Origin: Eledone cirrhosa
Lineage: Eukaryota
Direction: 5' to 3'
NCBI GenBank assembly: GCA_964016885.1
Contig: OZ024740.1
Coordinates: 28,768,001 to 28,832,000, forward strand
Length of the DNA: 64,000 bases
Every line of letters begins with the position of its first letter. Within the stretch, counting starts at the first letter, position 1. The position numbers were made by a program, and so were the translations under genes. Under the pieces are notes generated by a model. The model did no database searches and had not been told where the DNA came from. It saw nothing but the letters and a program-made list of their open reading frames with translations. Shown piece by piece: positions 52,904-64,000 of this stretch.

Positions 52904-54267
52904 TTAATGTACATTGGTCAGTAGTCTTTTACATATCAATATTTAAAATTATATATTTGAAACAATTCTCATTCTTTAAAAAATATATTAAGAATAAAAT
53001 ATCACAGACATTAAATGAAAGAAAAAAAGGGATAAGGCTACAAAGAGGGGAAGGGAAAGAGAGGGAAAGAAAGAAGAAAATAAAGGACAAATAAAGACAG
53101 TAAAAATAAGATACAAAATTAAATAGTTTGAAGGGAAACGAAAGTTTAGGTATGGCAGGAAAGGATGAATAGGAGTTGACAAATATAATGAAGAAAGAAA
53201 TCAAAGAAGGGTATATAGATAGATAACTTTTTTTTATTTGCCACCAGGGCATCAAAAGTGGGACAAGTACAAAGGCGTCCTCAATATGGAGGAGGCAATA
53301 ACAAGATATAAAAGTATAAAAATAAAATAAAATATAACACAATAAATTTTATAACAAAATCCTCAATAGGGAGGAGGCGCCTTGGGGGGTCACACACACC
53401 CCCGAAAAAAAGTGTGCAACCCTTCTCCTCAGGAACACAGAGAGGGGGTGCTCCCTTGGTCTTTCATCTTCCTCACCTATATTCTGATGTAGAGTGAAGG
53501 CCCATTCACACGGGCCATTCTCGCCACTTTCACCATCTTTCATAAAAACGGCTGGGGTGCAGCACCTCTCTCTCCATCCTGATCCTTCTTCCGAAATGAT
53601 ATCGGAAGAAACGGACCAGTTGTTGGCCAGAGAGAAAGGTGTCTGACGTCAGTCCTTTCAGACGCGTCCACCATACAACCTCTTTCGCCATGGCTATTAC
53701 GCACAGAAACACCGCCTCTCCTTCGTTTTTGAAGAGGGGAGGCGGCTTGATCGTTACAATAGACTCGGTGGTCAACCGGATCGGTCCCACCCTTGACAGC
53801 AGTTGTTCGACATCGCCCCACAGATCGGCAATGCCCGAGCAGTGTACCAAAGCGTGTGCAACGGTTTCCTCGTCGCACACGCATCTGGGACAGATCTTTT
53901 TGGCGGGGTCCCTACCCGGGCGCCCGTGTCTGTAGAGCCTTTCTCGAACGGGCAGAGCTGCTCGGTAGCACTGCCAGGCCAGGGACCTCTGGAAGTTATC
54001 CATGGGTCTCGGACTGAGTGTCCTACCGAACAGGTTGTCCAGTTCGTCTTCCTCCATGCCTAGGGCTTCTCCGAGGGCGTCGTCGCACTTGCTAACCACC
54101 AGCCCTCTATAGAATGACGAGGTGGATTCTCCGCTGACAGCCGGGTCCGCCTGCCAGAGAGCCGTGAGCGCCTGGGCACACTCGGTGTGCCAGGCGCCCA
54201 GTTTTCTCGGTCTTTACTTGACCCAGGATTGCAGCTCGGTGAGTGAGACGAGCCTGGGAAAGGTGAG

Positions 54268-54502
54268 TGTAGTAAGACGCCTCACGCTCTTTGATAGAAC
54301 AACGCCGGTTGAGAACGCCAGAAAGAAAAGACAGACAGCCACTGGAAAGCCGACGGATCACACGCCAGAAACCAGCCTCTGTACAACACCATTGTTTGTG
54401 CTACATCAAAAAATAAACGTATATTTCATCTCTAATTTCTGCTGTTGAAATAATTATTATTGTCACTCGTATCTCGATAACATCTATAACTAATACTGCT
54501 AA
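54268..54502 (+). repeat. 5' LTR (probable full extent to the PBS; 54268-54405 is shared with the 3' LTR)
   Basis: Starts TGTAGT, has AATAAA near 54411 and ends ACTGCTAA just before the PBS. Confidence 0.75.
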
Positions 54503-54504
54503 AG

Positions 54505-54518
54505 TGGTGACCGACGTA
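54505..54518 (+). other. Primer-binding site, tRNA-Trp-like (degenerate)
   Basis: TGGTGACCGACGT vs the canonical TGGTGACCCCGACGT. Confidence 0.65.
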
Positions 54519-55343
54519 AGAATTTAACGCAGCCCTTATTTTCCATTCAGTTGAACTTTTATTGCCACGTTGCCGGCCTTTTTTTGCAACTTGCGAAAAT
54601 AAAAAATATTCCTTTTAAAATTATCGAAAAATTAGTAGTATTTCAAAAACTTTTTGCTACACTCGACTACAACAACGACAGCAGCAGCAGCGACAACATT
54701 GTTTAACCACTGACCAAAACAGGGTATAGTGAGTGGCAGCTTCATAGCCTTACCGACGCAAACCACCACACATCGGAAATATCAAAACGATTCATTCGTG
54801 TCGATAATTTAGAGCAACTTTTTTTTATTCACTTGAATATTTCATTTCCGTTGCCAACTTTTTCGCAACTTACAGAAGAAAAAAGAAAAAAGTGTATTTT
54901 TCCAAGGTGGCGTTGCGTTCCTTCCCAGTTTTGTAACGGACACATTTTTTGAATTGCGTGTGTGTTCCATGACTGATCAAGAGAGAAGAGACTAAACTTT
55001 TTTTTCTGAAAATAACTGCCCCGCATGGGGATATACAGGCCTTACCTTTTTCTAAGGGATTTTTAGCCACTGGCTACCTTTATTGATATCCAACGCGGAT
55101 ATATTTTTTTAAAAAAACAAGCATTTTTTTCCTCCTCTTTTTTTTTGCAACGTGAGGGGACAGACGTTGAAGGAAACTTTTTTTTTAAAAGATATATATC
55201 TGTATTTTATGTATTTTTCATATTTCCTTGTTTCTTTTTGCCCTTTAACTTTTTCTCAATATTGGCTGTTCTCTTTTCACTGTACAAGGGTACATTAATT
55301 GCTGTTTAGATATATATGTATATATTTTTTTATAAAAGTTAAC

Positions 55344-56120
55344 ATGAATGTGCCACATTTGCCCGCCTTTACTGGAAAACCTAAGATGTGGTTTGCCCAG
55401 TTACAGGCGTATTTTACGGTCTGTAAGACCGAATCTGACCAGCGCCTCGCTGTACTGATTAGCGGCCTTCCCCCTAATCTAGCAGATTCGGTCCAAGACC
55501 TAATTACAGACCCCCCCTCTGACTTGACGTATGAGTTTTTGAAGGGCGAGATTTTGAGGAGGAATTGTAAGTCGGTAGAGAGTCGTTTTCGGTCATTGAT
55601 CGAGGACGAACGATTAGGTGACAGGACTCCTACCGCTTTTCTCCGGCATTTGCGGGATTTGAGCGATTCCCAAGATCAGGATAGCCCTTTCCTGAAGCAA
55701 TTGTTCTTCTCTCGCCTACCTCAAGAGGTACAGGCGATCCTAGCCCATATGCTAGAGGTGAATACCCTGGATCACATTGCTGTCTCTGCTGACAAAATTG
55801 TAGAGGTGACGAAGAGAGACACTTCGAAGCCAAAGTACGTTGCTTCCTCTTCTCTTCCTCAATCACGCTCATCAGCGTCTGATGACAAATTAATCACCTC
55901 TATGGAAGCCATGACTCGTCAAATGGCGGAGTTGTGCACGGAATTCAGGTCCTTTGGACGGCAGAGGGGCCGCTCACGACGTTATTCAACTTCTCGCCAC
56001 CGTAGCCCTTCCAACACACCAGGAACACCATATTGTTATTACCATGAAAGATATGGTAAAAAAGCCGCCCGTTGTAGGCCTCCTTGTGCTTACGAGGGAA
56101 AAGACGACCAGAGTCACTAA
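55344..56120 (+). CDS. gag: Gag
   Basis: [20 protein letters not shown]-terminus, LGDRTPT, RLP, C-terminal CYYH-x9-C-x3-C. Confidence 0.88.
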   Translation: MNVPHLPAFTGKPKMWFAQLQAYFTVCKTESDQRLAVLISGLPPNLADSVQDLITDPPSDLTYEFLKGEILRRNCKSVESRFRSLIEDERLGDRTPTAFLRHLRDLSDSQDQDSPFLKQLFFSRLPQEVQAILAHMLEVNTLDHIAVSADKIVEVTKRDTSKPKYVASSSLPQSRSSASDDKLITSMEAMTRQMAELCTEFRSFGRQRGRSRRYSTSRHRSPSNTPGTPYCYYHERYGKKAARCRPPCAYEGKDDQSH

Positions 56121-59100
56121 CGGCGGATAGTGCGCTCTGCGAAACAACATCTAACCGCCACTTTTTCATTGAGGACCTGCTGTCAGGTAGAGCGTTTCTG
56201 GTTGACACAGGTGCAGCTTGTTCCGTATGGCCTGTGTGTTGTATGAAGGAGACTCCCCCTGAGACGCCTATTGAGTTGCAGGCAGTAAATTGTTCGCCGA
56301 TTCGAACTTTCGGACAAATCTCGTTACCTTTGCAGTTTCGTAATCTGCGGCGCGAGTTTAAATGGATATTTACTGTCGCTGCCTTGCCGTATCCGATTCT
56401 AGGCGCGGATTTTCTCCACCATTTTTCATTGACGGTGGACCTTCGTGGTAAACGCCTAATTGATGGCATCACGGGATTAACTGTTGTTGGCAAGGCAGCA
56501 GGAGTTCCAACGGTTAGCCCGACATTTTTTCTTGCTAACACCGGTGATCCTTTCCATGCCTTGTTGAACTCGTTCCCGCAACTGACTCGGGGAAATTTTC
56601 GATTTGATGAACCAACTCATACTACGGAGCACTTCATATCTACAACTGGTGCTCCCGTTTTCTCTCGTCCTCGTCGCTTGCCTCCGGACAAACTCAAAGC
56701 AGCACGATCAGAGTTTGATCATATGCTGCAAATGGGGATTATTCGTCCGTCCACGAGCCCGTGGGCGTCCCCATTACACATGGTACCGAAAGCGAATGGC
56801 GATTGGAGACCTACTGGAGATTATCGACGCCTGAATTCGATAACGGTACCGGACCGTTATCCTATCCCTCATCTGCAAGATTTTGCGTCTTCGTTGCAGG
56901 GATGCAAGATATTCTCCAAACTGGATTTAATTCATGCGTACCATAAAAATGACATTCCAAAAACGGCTATAGTTACGCCATTTGGGTCTTTCGAGTTTTT
57001 GACTATGCCGTTCGGATTAAGGAATGCCGCTAGTACTTTTCAGCGGTTTATGGATGAGGTTACTCGCGGCCTCGATTTCGTCTATACCTATATTGACGAT
57101 CTACTCATTGCTAGTTCTTCTCCAGAGCAGCATACGCACCATTTGAATCTTCTTTTCCGCCGATTGAAGGCGTATAACGTGCAGCTTAATGCACCCAAAT
57201 GTGTTTTTGGTGCTGAGTCACTGACTTTCTTGGGTCACGTCATCGATGCTGACGGTATTCGACCCCGGCCTGAGCGAGTTAAGGTCATAGAGGATTTGCC
57301 TCCACCGACCTCACTACGTCAGTTACGCCAGTTCTTAGGTCTGGTTAACTTTTATAGGCGTTTCGTGCCAAATTGTGCAAAATTGCTTTTCTCCCTGACA
57401 GAAATTTTGAAAAATTGTCGGAGGAAGAACAAAGATATTTCTTTGACAGACACTCAACTTGCTGATTTTCAGCACGCCAAAACTGTTTTGGCTAATGCTT
57501 CGTTACTGACTCACCCGGTACCCGGTGCAAAGCTAACGCTTTGTGTTGATGCATCGGATATCGCTGTGGGCGCAGTACTACAGCAAAACATCAATGGTTA
57601 CCAGCAACCGCTGGAGTTTTTTTCCAAAAAGCTAAATCCTGCTGAGACGTGCTACAGCACCTTTGGAAGAGAGCTTTTAGCCATCTATTTGGCCGTGAAA
57701 CATTTTTCACATGTGCTAGAGGGTAGACAATTTACTATCCTCACTGACCATAAACCATTGACATTTGCTTTGAGAGCGAAGGCTGATAAATACTCGCCCA
57801 GAGAGACGAGACACCTTGATTTCATCTCGCAATATACGAGTGATATCCAGCACATTCCGGGTTCACTAAATACAGCGGCCGATGCTTTGTCCCGCTTACC
57901 CGTGACAGCGATCTCGTCATCCTCTGACATAGATCTGACTCGTTTGGCTGCGGATCAGCCTCCCCTTGAGTCATTGGATGTCACATCGCCTGAGTTTGCG
58001 AATTGCGAGATGAAATACTTGCCTCTGTCGACTGCAGTTGGCCAAATTCTCTGCGACGTCTCTTTGGACGTGCCTAGGCCCTTCGTTCCAGAGAATCATC
58101 GTCGGACCGTGTTTCTGGGATTACATTGTATCTCGCATCCAGGATCTTCTGCCACAGCAAAGCTCATATCAGCTAGATTTTTCTGGCCAAATATGAGGCG
58201 TGAAATTGCTGCTTGGTGCCGTTCCTGCGTCGCTTGCCAGAGATCAAAGGTCCATCGGCACGTCAAGGCTCCCCTGGGTACCTTTGCTAACCCAGATGCG
58301 CCATTTTCACATATTCATATTGACATAGTGGGACCTTGGCCTGTCAGCGATGGTTTTTCTTATCTACTTACCGTCATTGACCGTTTTTCGAGATGGCCTG
58401 AGGCCATCCCCTTGAAAAACATCACCGCGGAGACAACAGCACGTGCTCTTGTGTCTGGATGGATCTCTCGTTATGGAGTTCCATCCACAATAACTACCGA
58501 CCGTGGACGACAGTTCGAGTCGAGCCTTTTCCTCGAGCTGTCAAAATTAATTGGTACTAAACGCATTAGAACTACGGCATGCCATCCCGCTTCGAATGGT
58601 ATGGTGGAGCGTTTTCACCGCCAACTGAAGGCCTCCTTAATGGCCTCAATGGACTCGGCGCATTGGAGCGAGTACCTCCCTATTGTACTACTAGGGATTC
58701 GATCAACGGTGAAGGTCGACTTTGGATTTTCACCGGCCGAAGTACTGTACGGTGCCACTCTGACGTTGCCCGGGCATATGCTTGCCCCTATCGATCTTGA
58801 TGCCCAAGATCACGCTTCCTACGTGTCCCGTTTGCGCTCCTATTTCCAGGATTTGCCGCCAATGGACACTAGGAAACAAACTGTCAAGACTGCTGTCCCG
58901 AGGGATATTGCCTCGTGGACGCATGTCTTTGTAAGGAATGATACGGTGAAGCCCCCGCTCACACAGCCTTACACTGGACCTTACCGTGTCTTAGCGCGCT
59001 CGGCTAAGCATTTCACGTTAGATATTAAGGGGTCCAGGGAGACAGTTACATTAGACAGGCTTAAGCAGGCGCACCTTGACACGGACGCTGTGGTTCCTGA

Positions 59101-59263
59101 TCCACGAACCCCTTCGTATTTGCCTGTTGAGCGAACGACTGTTCCTGAACCATCATCATCGCCTGTCCCTACACCACCACCATCGCCACGTTACAAGACC
59201 ACGACCCGTTCAGGACGTAGGGTCCACTGGCCCAAAAAATTTTGCAGCACCGTCTATATTTAG
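56084..59263 (+). CDS. pol: Pol (PR-RT-RNase H-integrase), -1 frame relative to gag
   Basis: FLVDTGA; WASPLH, DYRRLN, MPFGL, YIDD; VDAS, ELLAI, TDHKPL, ADALSR; H-x3-H...C-x2-C, HIDIVG, TTDRG, GMVERF; YTGPY. Confidence 0.95.
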   Translation: MCLRGKRRPESLTADSALCETTSNRHFFIEDLLSGRAFLVDTGAACSVWPVCCMKETPPETPIELQAVNCSPIRTFGQISLPLQFRNLRREFKWIFTVAALPYPILGADFLHHFSLTVDLRGKRLIDGITGLTVVGKAAGVPTVSPTFFLANTGDPFHALLNSFPQLTRGNFRFDEPTHTTEHFISTTGAPVFSRPRRLPPDKLKAARSEFDHMLQMGIIRPSTSPWASPLHMVPKANGDWRPTGDYRRLNSITVPDRYPIPHLQDFASSLQGCKIFSKLDLIHAYHKNDIPKTAIVTPFGSFEFLTMPFGLRNAASTFQRFMDEVTRGLDFVYTYIDDLLIASSSPEQHTHHLNLLFRRLKAYNVQLNAPKCVFGAESLTFLGHVIDADGIRPRPERVKVIEDLPPPTSLRQLRQFLGLVNFYRRFVPNCAKLLFSLTEILKNCRRKNKDISLTDTQLADFQHAKTVLANASLLTHPVPGAKLTLCVDASDIAVGAVLQQNINGYQQPLEFFSKKLNPAETCYSTFGRELLAIYLAVKHFSHVLEGRQFTILTDHKPLTFALRAKADKYSPRETRHLDFISQYTSDIQHIPGSLNTAADALSRLPVTAISSSSDIDLTRLAADQPPLESLDVTSPEFANCEMKYLPLSTAVGQILCDVSLDVPRPFVPENHRRTVFLGLHCISHPGSSATAKLISARFFWPNMRREIAAWCRSCVACQRSKVHRHVKAPLGTFANPDAPFSHIHIDIVGPWPVSDGFSYLLTVIDRFSRWPEAIPLKNITAETTARALVSGWISRYGVPSTITTDRGRQFESSLFLELSKLIGTKRIRTTACHPASNGMVERFHRQLKASLMASMDSAHWSEYLPIVLLGIRSTVKVDFGFSPAEVLYGATLTLPGHMLAPIDLDAQDHASYVSRLRSYFQDLPPMDTRKQTVKTAVPRDIASWTHVFVRNDTVKPPLTQPYTGPYRVLARSAKHFTLDIKGSRETVTLDRLKQAHLDTDAVVPDPRTPSYLPVERTTVPEPSSSPVPTPPPSPRYKTTTRSGRRVHWPKKFCSTVYI
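56096..56102 (+). promoter_or_regulatory. -1 ribosomal frameshift slippery heptamer G GGA AAA
   Basis: X XXY YYZ in the gag frame (GAG GGA AAA), inside the gag/pol overlap. Confidence 0.75.
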
Positions 59264-59490
59264 ACTATGTTAGCTGCACCTTTTTTTTGCCTCTGTGTTT
59301 CTGCTTTTTCTTTGCCTTGTTTTTTTTTATGCATGCATGTCGTTTTTTTAAAAACATTTTTCAAATCCTTATTCTGGATTCAATTTTTGCTAGAGCGGAT
59401 AGCTCCCCCTTGTTGCATTGTTCGCCATCTTACTCCACATTTGAGTAATGACATCGATTTTCGATAATTTGAAAATCTGGCTCGAGGTAC

Positions 59491-59627
59491 TGTAGTAAGA
59501 CGCCTCACGCTCTTTGATAGAACACGCCGGTTGAGAACGCCAGAAAGAAAAGACAGACAGCCACTGGAAAGCCGACTGATCTCACGCCAGAAACCAGCCT
59601 CTGTACAACACCATTGTTTGTGCTACA
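59491..59627 (+). repeat. 3' LTR (137 bp, shorter than the 5' LTR)
   Basis: Matches 54268-54405 with 2 substitutions and 1 indel seen by eye. Confidence 0.93.
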
Positions 59628-62600
59628 TGAGGAATACCTGGAGGTGCCGTAGCCTTAATGCGTGTTTACGTATCATTAGCTACGGCATCCCCAGCCCTCC
59701 TTTCGAAGGGTGTTGACAGCAGTTAGATCTCCTCACCATAGGAGCCCGCTTCTTCCAAAGGAATTGGAAGAGTGCGCGCTCCATTTTGGCGTGTGTTTCC
59801 CTTGGGCAAGGCACAAAGGTCAGGCGGTAGTAGATGACGGACGCTAGATAAGTGTTCGCCACCTCCGCCCGACCTTTCAGGGACAGTTTGCACTCGGCCC
59901 ACTTCTGGGTCAGTGCAAACACCCTGTTCGTTACTTCACCCCAGTTCTTCTCCACCTGGAGGTCTGGTCCGAACCAGACCCCGAGCTCTTCACCGGTCCC
60001 TCCGTCCAGCGCCCGACGACGCCATCGGAGGGCATCGATTTGCCCCTCCACGTGCCGAGTTGCAGACCGATCGACTTGTCCCGGTTCAGCTTAGCCCCTG
60101 TAAACCTTTCGTACTCCTCCAGTAAGGTGCTGATCGCCCCGATTTCCGAGGCCGTCGACACCATTACTGTTACGTCGTCGGCGTAGGCCGACACCGCTTT
60201 CCGCAATCCTGGTTCCAACGGGATGCCCTGCAACAACTCCAACTTCCGCAGCAGTGGCTCGAGAGTCATTACATACAGAAGGGAGGAGAGAGGGCACCCC
60301 TGTCGGATGGACCGCGCGATTTGGAACGGCTCCGAGAGGTAGCCGTTCACCTTCACCCTAGAGCAGATGCGGCTGCTGTGCATGGCATTGATCCAGCCCC
60401 TGAAAACGGGTCCGAAGCCTGCCGCCGCTAGCACCGCATCCAGGTAACCATGGTCGACCCCATTGAACGCCTTAGATTGATCCAAGTTGATCAGGGCCCC
60501 ACCAAAGCCGGGTTCGTTCCCAACTCTTTCTATGATGTATTGCATGAGGTGGAGGTTGTCGTGGATGGACCTGGACGGGATAGCACATGTCTGCGCATCT
60601 CCCACCAGGTTGCCCACGACAAGCGCCAACCTCTTTGCTAGCACCTTGGCCAAAATCTGTAACAAAATCTAATTAGCATAGTTATGGGCGTGAAATTATT
60701 TATATCGTCCCCCTTGTTCTCGTCCTTCCTCACTAGAGTGACTACGCCCTTGGTCACAGCACAGGGAATTCTCCCGTTCTGTTGCCAGTTGCAGTAGACC
60801 GCCTCGAGGAGACGGGGAACGAGTCCGGCATAGCTAGATATAGTTCGTATGGAAGACCATCGAGACCCGGGGATTTGCGTTTGCCGCATTGGCTCAGCAC
60901 GTCCTCTATCTCAGCAGCTGAAATCGGCCATTCGCAGGACTTCGCCTCCCTGTCCGAGAGACGCGGCAGGCCGTCGAGGTATGGACCCAAGTCCACATCC
61001 CCAACCGGCTCCCGCCCCTTTCAAACAATTCGGCAAAGTGCTTTTGAAAAGCCTCGCACATCTGCTTAGGTTCAAGGATCATCCGTCCATCCTGGTCTCG
61101 CAAAGACCGGATAGTGGATCTGCTCCCTCTTTTGGTTTCTGTCACGCGGACCCAGCTAACAGCTTTGGTCCCCTCGTTTCCCAGAGCACGTATTTTGCTT
61201 CGGACGATGCAGCCTTCGTGTTTCGCGTCGAAGAACTGGCCCAGGGCCGTTCTCGACGCTAGCACTCTGGCCACGTCTCCGCTTCTAATTGCCTCTTCTA
61301 CACTATCTACCAACTCCCTTTACTTCCTATTTCTATTTGAGGCTAACTCCTTACTAAATTCTATAGAAACTCCTCTAATCTCTCTTTTGAGAGATCCCCA
61401 CCACCTGCTGTTGACGATGGCGCCCGTCAACCGCTCCTTAACTAAAGTGCTAATCCCTTCCCTGTAAGCCTTACTTGCCGGTAAGGACAAGTTGAGCTTA
61501 CAGTAACCGGGTCCCTGTCTATGCGTTCTGTCAAGGTTGACCATGCAGCTCACTAACTTGTGGTCTGAATAGCCAACCATCCTCATTTTTTGACAACTTA
61601 AAAAGTCCTTATCCTTATTTCTAACTAAGAACCTATCTAGGTACGACCTAGATGATCCGCTGGGATTTGCCCAAGTCCAGGTTGGCGCAGTCGGAAATTC
61701 TAGTCGATATCTATCGGCCAGGTCAAATCGACCGATAAACCCTTTGAGGCTATTACACCCGTCTCTATCGGGACAGGCCTCTACGTAGTCCCAACGTGCA
61801 TCTAGGATACCATTCCAGTCCCCCACTAATAGCAAGGAGCGGGACGTCCCTAGAAAAGTCTCCAGACGATGGAATAAGTCCGGCCGCATTGACCCGAAAG
61901 GGCCGTAGGCAGCTACCAACCTAAACGCTCCGCCTTCACCACTGCCAAGGTCCAGAACCACTAGTCGATCCTCCGGGTCCAAATGTACCGTGTGTGTTGC
62001 GAGACCCAGATGTTTTTGCAGCAGAACGACAACCCCACCCCCACCTCCGGGCTGACAGAGAGATGCGTGCATCTCAAAGTCATCAAAGGTGGGGGCCAGC
62101 TGTCGCACGTTGCTGATCCGAGCCTCGCAAATAACCATCACATCTATACGTTGTGACCTGAGGTCATTTAGAAGCATTGCTTGCTTCCAAGTTGAGCCCA
62201 GGCCAGGCGCATTTAGACAGCTTACTCTTAGCATAGCCATGTTGGTGGTGAAGAGAAAAGGCATTTACCTCTCTGTGTCCCGGGTAACGGGCCGCACAAT
62301 TTCCATGAGGGTGGGGTATTGGTTGTTGGGTGGGGTGGTGGTTTGTGGAAGTGTAGGGGCATCAGTGTGTTGTGTGGTTGGGGTGTTTGGAGTTGTGTGG
62401 GTGTTTGGGGAGGGGGTGGGGTAGTTTTTTAGGGGGACGTGGTTAATGGGCCCGACGCAGGGGGGACCACGTCCTCTTTAAAGTTGTCTTTTAGAGTTTT
62501 ATAAGTGTCCCTTGGGGCCTTAATCATTTTGAGGTGGGGGTAATCCCCTGCCTGGGTGAAGTTAGGCCCTTGGGTTTTTAATAAATTGTTGTTGTACACA

Positions 62601-63564
62601 ATGTTTAACAGTTTTTTGTTTCTTGTGTTTATGTATGTGTATGCATGTTATTGTTTTTGTGTGGTGTTTTTTGTTTGTTGTTGTTGTGTGCTCTTTTGTG
62701 TTGGTGTCAGTGTTATGTTTTGGGGAGGGGTTGTTTTCATTTGTGTGTCTGAGGTGTGTTTTCTTTTTTTTCTTTTGATTGTGTGGAAGTGCTCCTCCTC
62801 GTCTGACGACGAACGAGGGTCATCTTCCGCGTTGGAGGGTAGGGGTATATTTTCGGGTTGTGTTTGCGGTGCGGGTCTTTTGGGAATTGTTTTTTTTTTA
62901 GTGGGGGGAATGGGTTGGACATTGTTTTGTTTTGGTTTGAGCTGTGGTTGTTGTTTTTGTAGTGGTGGTTGTGGTGGTTGAGTTGGTTGTGCAGTTGTTG
63001 GTGGTGTAGGCAGGATTGGGATTTTCTTACTAAGTTGGGGACAGACAGCCCTCAGGTGACCTCTAGTTCCACATAGGTAACACGAGGGCCGCCTACTCTC
63101 AACAGTAATGTTGATGAAAGTTTGATCATCCAGTATGACGCGTTCAGGGATCTGGGCGATCCTTTCGGGTCTCATTCGAACTACAAGTTCAAGGCTCGTT
63201 CCATTGAACGCGTCACCTGATGCCTTTCCCATGGACACCAGCGTGTCATCATCCAGGTTCAGGAAACCTGTCAAAGCCCACCATATGTCCATAATCGGCA
63301 GGATGGTGTGGATTTTTATTTTTTGTGTCCTTCAACCCATGTACGTAGGGTAGAAGGTGTATGCGGTGGATGTAATAGGTTTTATGGACAGTTTCACTGC
63401 TGTGTCCCTGTCCTTCAATAGAATGGATAGACTCCCGTAGAGTCTATCCTTATGGATGAATGTGATGTCTTTCATGACGTCTTTTAAAACCAGCTCTATC
63501 TCACTCTGTGGTGGTTGAGCTGGTTGTTTGCTTTTATTTGAGATTATCCTTTTATTTGAGAGAG

Positions 63565-63565
<1 letters not shown>

Positions 63566-63619
<54 letters not shown>
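63566..63619. repeat. (GATA)n tract, ~13 units, between Tx1 copies E and F
   Basis: Direct reading. Confidence 0.97.
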
Positions 63620-64000
63620 CTTTCTTTTTATTTGCCACCAGGGCATCAAAAGTGGGAAAAGTACAAAGGGGGGAGTTTACATGCAAAGGTGTCCTCAATA
63701 TGGAGGAGGCAATAACAAGATATAAAAGTATAAAAATAAAATAAAATATAACAAAATAAATTTTGTAACAAAATCTTCAATAGGGAGGAGGCGCCATATG
63801 GGGTCGCACACACCCCCGAAAAAAAGTGTGCAACCCTTCTCCTCAGGAGCACAGAGAGGGGGTGCTCCCTTGGTCTTTCATCTTCCTCACCTATAGTCTG
63901 ATGTAGAGTGAAGGCCCATTCACACGGGCCATTCTCGCCACTTTCACCATCTTTCATAAAAATGGCTGGGGTGCAGCACCTCTCTCTCCATCCTGATCCT
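63620..64000 (-). mobile_element. Tx1/L1-clade LINE copy F, 3' end (continues beyond the window)
   Basis: Near-identical to the 3' end of copy E (53227-53590). Confidence 0.93.

Larger units (their letters stand above)
54268..59627 (+). mobile_element. Ty3/Gypsy LTR retrotransposon, CsRn1-like
   Basis: TGTAG...CTACA termini, 4-bp TSD TGAG (54264-67, 59628-31), gag and pol ORFs, CHCC Gag motif, tRNA-Trp-like PBS. Confidence 0.95.
53227..63565 (-). mobile_element. Tx1/L1-clade LINE copy E (5'-truncated in ORF1), interrupted by a Gypsy element
   Basis: ORF1 CYLCGTRGHLRAVC; APE (CLNAPGL, VGDWN, SYLDRFL, SDH) at 61320-62240; RT with YADD at 59931-60996; C-terminus at 53480-54263; GATA repeats at both ends. 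Confidence 0.94.

Noticed and set aside
55945-56541. 198-aa antisense ORF across the gag-pol junction
   Set aside because: Shadow ORF with no motifs

Overview
Eukaryotic, gene-free, repeat-saturated window. The tRNA-type SINE and the (TA)n/(CA)n density suggest a cephalopod, probably Octopus (inference). Bases 1-25015 are a 32-bp satellite with visible higher-order structure, including a 10,857-bp duplication. The remaining 39 kb is nested retroelements: a Penelope-like element (RT+GIY-YIG) inside ~780-bp inverted repeats, a second Penelope remnant, several type I hammerhead ribozyme motifs, a CRE-like RLE fragment, an RTE LINE with a twin-priming-type 5' inversion, six Tx1/L1-clade LINE copies, and a near-intact CsRn1-like Gypsy element with a shortened 3' LTR inside one Tx1 copy. 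About nine SINE copies or fragments are present, including a tail-to-tail palindromic dimer. The strongest leads are a Tx1 family that appears to target (GATA)n/TATC sites and stacks in tandem, and multiple hammerhead-bearing Penelope-derived units, some arranged as short palindromes. No host protein-coding gene could be supported.
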